Source of the DNA: an uncultured Flavobacteriales bacterium
GTDB lineage: Bacteria > Bacteroidota > Bacteroidia > Flavobacteriales > Flavobacteriaceae
Assembly (NCBI GenBank): GCA_913020155.1
Contig: CAJWBA010000006.1
Span: 5,015-69,014, forward strand
Length of the DNA stretch: 64,000 nucleotides
Direction: 5' to 3'
In this document: positions 61,324 through 64,000 of the stretch, one piece after another
Layout: every line of letters begins with the position of its first letter
How positions within the stretch are numbered: the stretch's first letter is position 1
Made by a program: the position numbers and the translations under genes
The notes under the pieces: model-generated
What the model was told of the DNA's origin: nothing
Database searches by the model: none
Seen by the model: only the letters and a program-made list of their open reading frames with translations

Positions 61324-62553
61324 ATGTTACGCTGGATTATCCTTATTCTTTTTTTCTCTTTATACGGAACTTATGCTTTTCAAGCGATCAAAACCTTAAC
61401 CCAACAGCGAAGTCTCCTAACTTTGTATTGGATTTTTGTCGTTTTGGTGATGTCAAATTTTGCTTATCAAAGTATTTCTTTTAACCGTGATGAAGGATTC
61501 AATCATCAAATAAGCCTGGCATTGGGTTTATTTCTTTCCCTTTTTGTGTTTCAAACCTTTTTGATCTTTTTCTTGATTTTTGAAGATATTGTAAGGATTC
61601 CCCAGGCGATTTATCGCTTTTTTAATCAAAGTAATGTAAATTCTTATTTTCCAGATCGAAGAAAATTCATTTCACAACTTGCCCTGGGGATTGCAGCTGT
61701 CCCTCTAGTTTCCTTGTTGTATGGAATGTACAAGGGAAAGTATAATTACAAAGTGTTGAACTACACTCTTGAATTTGACAACCTGCCTAAAGAGTTTGAT
61801 GGGTTTACAATCACCCAAATTTCGGATATCCATAGCGGTAGTTTTGATAATATAGAAAAAGTGTCTTATGGAATTGATCTAGTCAATCAACAAAAATCTG
61901 ATGTTATCTTGTTCACAGGAGATATGGTTAATAATAAGGCCAGTGAAGTTTACCCTTGGATGGACATCCTTGGCTCTCTGGAAGCACCACAAGGAAAGTT
62001 TTCTGTTTTGGGTAATCATGACTATGGTGACTATGTTCAATGGGGGTCTGATGATGCAAAAAAACAAAACCTCACAGATTTAATCGAAGCTCAACAAAAA
62101 ATGGGTTTTCAAGTTTTATTGAATCAAGCTCAATTCATAGAAAAAGAAGGAAAGCGAATTGCCCTGATAGGAGTTGAAAATTGGGGTAAAGGGGGCTTTA
62201 AGAAGGCTGGAGACATAAATCTAGCGATTTCTGAAGTCGATTTTGATGATTTTAAGATTTTGATGTCTCACGACCCCTCTCATTGGGAGGCACAGGTAAT
62301 TGATCACCCTTATCCTTTTGAACTTACTTTAAGCGGACATACACACGGTATGCAATTTGGCATAGAAATTCCAGGCTGGTTTAAGTGGAGTCCAGTAAAA
62401 TGGCGCTACAAACAATGGGCAGGAGTTTACCATCAAGCAAAACAATACCTTAATGTCAACCGTGGTTTTGGATTTTTGGCTTATCCCGGAAGAGTTGGAA
62501 TCTGGCCAGAAATAACGGTTATTACCTTAAAATGCTCTGATAAAGTGATTTAA
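61324..62553 (+). CDS. Membrane-anchored calcineurin-like metallophosphoesterase (YkuE-like)
   Basis: SDIH, TGDMVN, LGNHDY, SHDP, SGHTHG; N-terminal TM helices. Confidence 0.92.
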   Translation: MLRWIILILFFSLYGTYAFQAIKTLTQQRSLLTLYWIFVVLVMSNFAYQSISFNRDEGFNHQISLALGLFLSLFVFQTFLIFFLIFEDIVRIPQAIYRFFNQSNVNSYFPDRRKFISQLALGIAAVPLVSLLYGMYKGKYNYKVLNYTLEFDNLPKEFDGFTITQISDIHSGSFDNIEKVSYGIDLVNQQKSDVILFTGDMVNNKASEVYPWMDILGSLEAPQGKFSVLGNHDYGDYVQWGSDDAKKQNLTDLIEAQQKMGFQVLLNQAQFIEKEGKRIALIGVENWGKGGFKKAGDINLAISEVDFDDFKILMSHDPSHWEAQVIDHPYPFELTLSGHTHGMQFGIEIPGWFKWSPVKWRYKQWAGVYHQAKQYLNVNRGFGFLAYPGRVGIWPEITVITLKCSDKVI

Positions 62554-62596
62554 TAAAAAAAACTTAAATTTGTAAAAACCTTAAACACTAATAAGC

Positions 62597-62899
62597 GTGT
62601 CCAAATTTGGCGAATTAATTGAAGACAAAGTTCCAATTCTTCTCGTTTTTTTTCAAGAGGATGCTGAACCTTCAGACGAATTTCATCCTTCTCTAAGAGA
62701 CGTTGCTGCTGCGATTGGTGATCAAGGAAAAGTAATTAAAATTGAAACTACTAAAAACACCAAGTTAACAGTGGCGCTTCGTGTTAAAGCCATTCCAACC
62801 CTTATGATTTATAAGGGAGGCGAAATGGTTTGGAGACAAAGTGGTGAACAAAATGCAAATACTCTAATCAGTTTGATGAATGACTATGTAGCCGATTAG
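62597..62899 (+). CDS. Thioredoxin-fold protein lacking CxxC
   Basis: VPILLVF..KVIKI..VKAIPTLMIYKGGEMVWRQSG thioredoxin pattern, no Cys; GTG start with TAAATTTG upstream. Confidence 0.8.
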   Translation: MSKFGELIEDKVPILLVFFQEDAEPSDEFHPSLRDVAAAIGDQGKVIKIETTKNTKLTVALRVKAIPTLMIYKGGEMVWRQSGEQNANTLISLMNDYVAD

Positions 62900-64000
62900 C
62901 TATTCTTTTGTTGCGTTATCAAATAAGCGATTAAAGATTTCAAGAGGCTCAATAGCTCTGAAAATACGTTTTTCCATTTTATCACGATAAACATCATCAT
63001 CATAAAGACTCACAAAAAGCATTAACTTTCTGTATCCATTGACCTCATCCATAATGATTTCTTCGTAATATTCTTGTTCTTCAGGAGAAATATCACTTAG
63101 TTTGGTTAGTCGTTTTTCATAGACCGCAGAAATATTATCTATCAATAAACGAGCTGCTGCTGGATTGCCACCAATGTAAAAGCCTTCCACAAAATCCTCT
63201 TGGCTTGTAAAGTAATCATAGCTACCATAAAGAAATTCAAAAGGAGCCGAATGGCGTTGAAATTCTGTAATCTTAGAACTAATAAACTCCTTATCTTTAT
63301 TATCAATAACGACCTCAATCAAGGCACGATAGCGCTCAATTTCAGTTAAAACATCTTCACCGAGTTCATATTGAAGGTTTAGAGAGAGGCTGTCAAAATA
63401 CTCCAACTCATCTTGATGTTTTTCAGCAATTTTATCAAAAAGTTTACGTGATTCCTCTTGCTCGTTGATTCGGTAATATCCCTCAATGAAAGGAGTCAAA
63501 AGGCTATAGTATCCGAAATAATCAACAGGCATTTTCTCTAAGTTTAGATCAATGATTTCCTTTGCTTTATCAGTTTTCCCCTCATCGATAAGGGCTTCAG
63601 CCAAACGTGCCATATTACTTCTGTACGAAATGCTGTTTTTTCTTGTTTCGGGATCATGATAAATTTCTGGGCTATCAGAATTTCCCCATTCCCACTTTTT
63701 AACAATCTCGTACATCAAGTCAGCATCAATCCGTCCCATTAGATAAGGGTTATTTTTATTTTTTTGAGTTTTGATTGGAACCAACTTATAAACTAATCCT
63801 TCGAGTTGTAGATAATTTTTCATCCATAAATACTCCGAATCATCAAAACTTCCTCCCGTAAAATAGATGGGTCGCTTCCAATCGTTATTTGCCAAAATAT
63901 CGAGCATAATCAACTGATTCTTGTACAAACCATTTCGAGGTAAATCAATATCGATATAGGGAACGATTAAATCGCGATCCTTTTCCTTGACTAATCCGCT
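62900..64000 (-). CDS. DUF2723-family (TMEM260-like) membrane protein, C-terminal part (5' end outside window)
   Basis: LDILANNDWKRPIYF, YLQLEGLVYKLVP, IYHDPETRKNSISYR; frame appears open to the window edge. Confidence 0.75.
   Translation of the reverse strand, partial: SGLVKEKDRDLIVPYIDIDLPRNGLYKNQLIMLDILANNDWKRPIYFTGGSFDDSEYLWMKNYLQLEGLVYKLVPIKTQKNKNNPYLMGRIDADLMYEIVKKWEWGNSDSPEIYHDPETRKNSISYRSNMARLAEALIDEGKTDKAKEIIDLNLEKMPVDYFGYYSLLTPFIEGYYRINEQEESRKLFDKIAEKHQDELEYFDSLSLNLQYELGEDVLTEIERYRALIEVVIDNKDKEFISSKITEFQRHSAPFEFLYGSYDYFTSQEDFVEGFYIGGNPAAARLLIDNISAVYEKRLTKLSDISPEEQEYYEEIIMDEVNGYRKLMLFVSLYDDDVYRDKMEKRIFRAIEPLEIFNRLFDNATKE

Noticed and set aside
942-62083. Numerous 60-130-aa ORFs antisense to or nested in longer genes
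   Set aside because: They are shadow frames of well-supported genes with no recognisable motifs.
1-64000. tRNA, rRNA, CRISPR array, IS/integrase or prophage
   Set aside because: No cloverleaf, repeat-spacer periodicity, transposase, recombinase or phage protein was seen; intergenic spaces are short and largely accounted for.

Overview
AT-rich, gene-dense chromosomal segment from a Bacteroidota (Flavobacteriaceae-like, probably marine) genome. The assignment rests on gene families, gene order and TAnnTTTG -7 promoter elements. Both ends cut genes (feoB at left, a DUF2723-like gene at right). The window holds housekeeping blocks (sdhCAB, glpK, glycine-tRNA ligase, xth, nrdBA, dCMP deaminase, dGTPase) and a five-gene 4-hydroxyproline catabolic operon with an embedded DUF885 putative metallopeptidase. 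It also has a divergent haem-biosynthesis cluster (hemA-C-D-E-F-antiporter-hemB | araC-hemH-MATE-hemJ-kinase). Its control region carries a Fur-like palindrome and AATAACGCTA-like repeats, and its AraC carries a Cys-Pro motif. A phosphate-uptake locus (PiT transporter, phosphate-porin-like gene, lipoprotein::TonB-receptor chimera) has 11-bp-spaced TAAC repeats in its promoters. At least five decayed loci are visible (sterol-desaturase-like, PD40 fragment, comF, ogt, lipoprotein/TBDR deletion fusion), suggesting ongoing streamlining. No rRNA, tRNA, CRISPR array, transposase, integrase or prophage gene was recognised. All calls come from reading the sequence; no database searches were run.
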